Below are positions 62,739-64,000 of a DNA stretch of 64,000 bases, one piece after another; position 1 is the first letter of the stretch, and each line of letters starts with the position of its first letter. Position numbers and translations under genes: made by a program. Source of the stretch: Squalus acanthias (Eukaryota); NCBI GenBank assembly GCA_030390025.1, contig JASTWF010000048.1:1178001-1242000 (forward strand), read 5' to 3'. Under the pieces are notes generated by a model. The model had not been told where the DNA came from, made no database searches, and saw nothing but the letters and a program-made list of their open reading frames with translations.

Positions 62739-63168
62739 GAGTCGCTAGGCGCAGTAATACACCCCCGAGTGGTTCGCTCGCAGGCGGACCGTTTGCAGGT
62801 GGAAGGTGGAGTCGTCGGGTCCAGAGGCAGTGAAGCCGCCCAGCTGTCCCGGTGGCTCCATGCGATCGGTGTTGGGAGAGTAGAAGAGCAGCACGAGCTC
62901 TCCATCCGGGAGCTGGCGGTACCAGGAAAACTCTGAGCTGAATAAACCCTCCGCAGAACAGCGGATCCGCCCTGGCGAGTGCAGGGAATCGGAGATTACA
63001 GGCGGACTTTGCTGAACTTTGCCGCTCGCTAGACCTGCGAATAATAGGAAAATTATTGGGTTAAAACACTGGGCCGTTGACATTCGGAGCCAAACTGCGC
63101 CCAAGCAACGCCGAGGAAGACTTACTGTGCAACAGCAGCGCAGACACAAGACATCCGGTTAAATGCAT
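62739..63168 (-). pseudogene. TRBV: TCR V segment, family B copy 6: intact except TAG two codons after Cys104; leader 63126-63168, V exon 62739-63034
   Basis: Leader MHLTGCLVSALLLH with GTAAG; open V to YYCA*RL; consensus RSS CACAGTG (62732-62738), 23 bp, ACAAAAACC (62700-62708). Confidence 0.85.
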
Positions 63169-63266
63169 TTTGTTGTCCAGTTTTCAGAAGAGAAACAAAC
63201 AGGGATTTTGTAAAAATCTGCTCTCCCGGCGGCTGCGTGGCGGCTTTATGTTATTGCAGTTCTGTT

Positions 63267-63350
63267 TGATTGACAGCTGCTGGCCGAGCACTAAAGTCCC
63301 CGCCCCCTTACAGCCTGATTGACAGCTGTCGCTATAACCCCGCCCCCTCC
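63267..63350. promoter_or_regulatory. Family B promoter: tandem TGATTGACAG with GC boxes
   Basis: TGATTGACAGCTG at 63267 and 63316, each followed by CCCCGCCCC; same in B4 and B5, one intact copy in B1-B3. Confidence 0.55.
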
Positions 63351-63576
63351 CAGCTTCTCTCGACTCCTCACGCCACCGAAGTCCCTCATTCCTGGTACCA
63401 TTCTGGTAATTCTCACCTGCAAGCTCTGTCTGGCCTTGACACCCTTCCTAAGGTGCGTTGCGCAGGATTGGACTCACATTTCTACCTGGGGCTGCAGAAA
63501 ATCTTTTCTCAATTTCTAAGAGTAGAAACAAAACGAACAATGCTGTGAGGAAGTTGTTCCGCAATTCGATTCAGAC

Positions 63577-63622
63577 ACAGCCCCAGAAATAAAATAGTAA
63601 ATTGGAAAAAATTGAATTGCAT
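63577..63622 (-). other. Orphan family-C-like leader exon (MQFNFFQFTILFLGL)
   Basis: 46 nt; about 38/52 nt identical to the C1 leader plus donor by manual alignment. Confidence 0.6.
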
Positions 63623-63652
63623 CCTGGAGGTATAATGTAATCCTGCAGTCCG

Positions 63653-63860
63653 TAAGGGTAACGCCGAGTTTCCGGTCGCTGTCACTTTAATTCTCCGCTC
63701 CGCTCCCACTCAGTCCTCACCGTCCTCGGCCTCTTACACTGTTCCAATGAAGCTCAACCTAAGTTCGAGGAACAGCACCTCATCTTTAGATTAGTCGCTT
63801 AACAGCCTTCTGGACTCAACATTGAGTTCAACAATTTCAGAACATAACCTCTGCCTCTAT
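63653..63860 (+). mobile_element. Penelope-like element fragment (GIY-YIG endonuclease C-terminus)
   Basis: Degenerate PVA.HFNSP...LGLLHCSNEAQ.K.EEQHLIFRL...QPSGLNIEFNNF. Confidence 0.7.
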
Positions 63861-64000
63861 CCTTTTTTTCCAATGTTTTTCCTTCTTTCTTTCTCTCTTT
63901 CCTTCTTTCTTTATTTCTCTCCAAGTTTCTTTTTCTTTGTCTTTCATTCTTTGTCTATCTCTTTTTATCTTTCTTTCCTCATTACATTTTTATTCAACAC

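Overview
Germline antigen-receptor V-gene array from a cartilaginous fish (shark-like repeats: CR1/HER1-type LINE tails, Deu-domain SINEs), most likely the T-cell receptor beta (TRB) V region. Seventeen V segments, all on the minus strand with a leader exon, intron, V exon and 3' RSS (23-bp spacer where intact), form a tandemly amplified three-gene cassette A-B-C present 5 times plus a final A-B. Family A (TRBV30-like, ends CAWS/CAWG): 6 of 6 look functional. Family B (related to A): 6 of 6 carry lesions. Family C (IHQWP...YFCAA): 3 look functional and 2 are pseudogenes. No D, J or C-region exon was seen. Also present: one full-length Ty3/gypsy LTR element with near-identical LTRs and a 5-bp TSD, CR1/L2/Penelope fragments, two minisatellite families and a 168-N gap. 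Most notable observations: an orphan family-C-like leader exon with its own ETS promoter upstream of every family-B gene; a conserved MYB/E-box/TCF enhancer-like block in every cassette; the TCR V-beta promoter decamer in family A; and an LTR element with no tRNA PBS but a 13-nt self-complementary segment at the PBS position. Family labels A/B/C are my own; locus and species identity are inferred without a database search.
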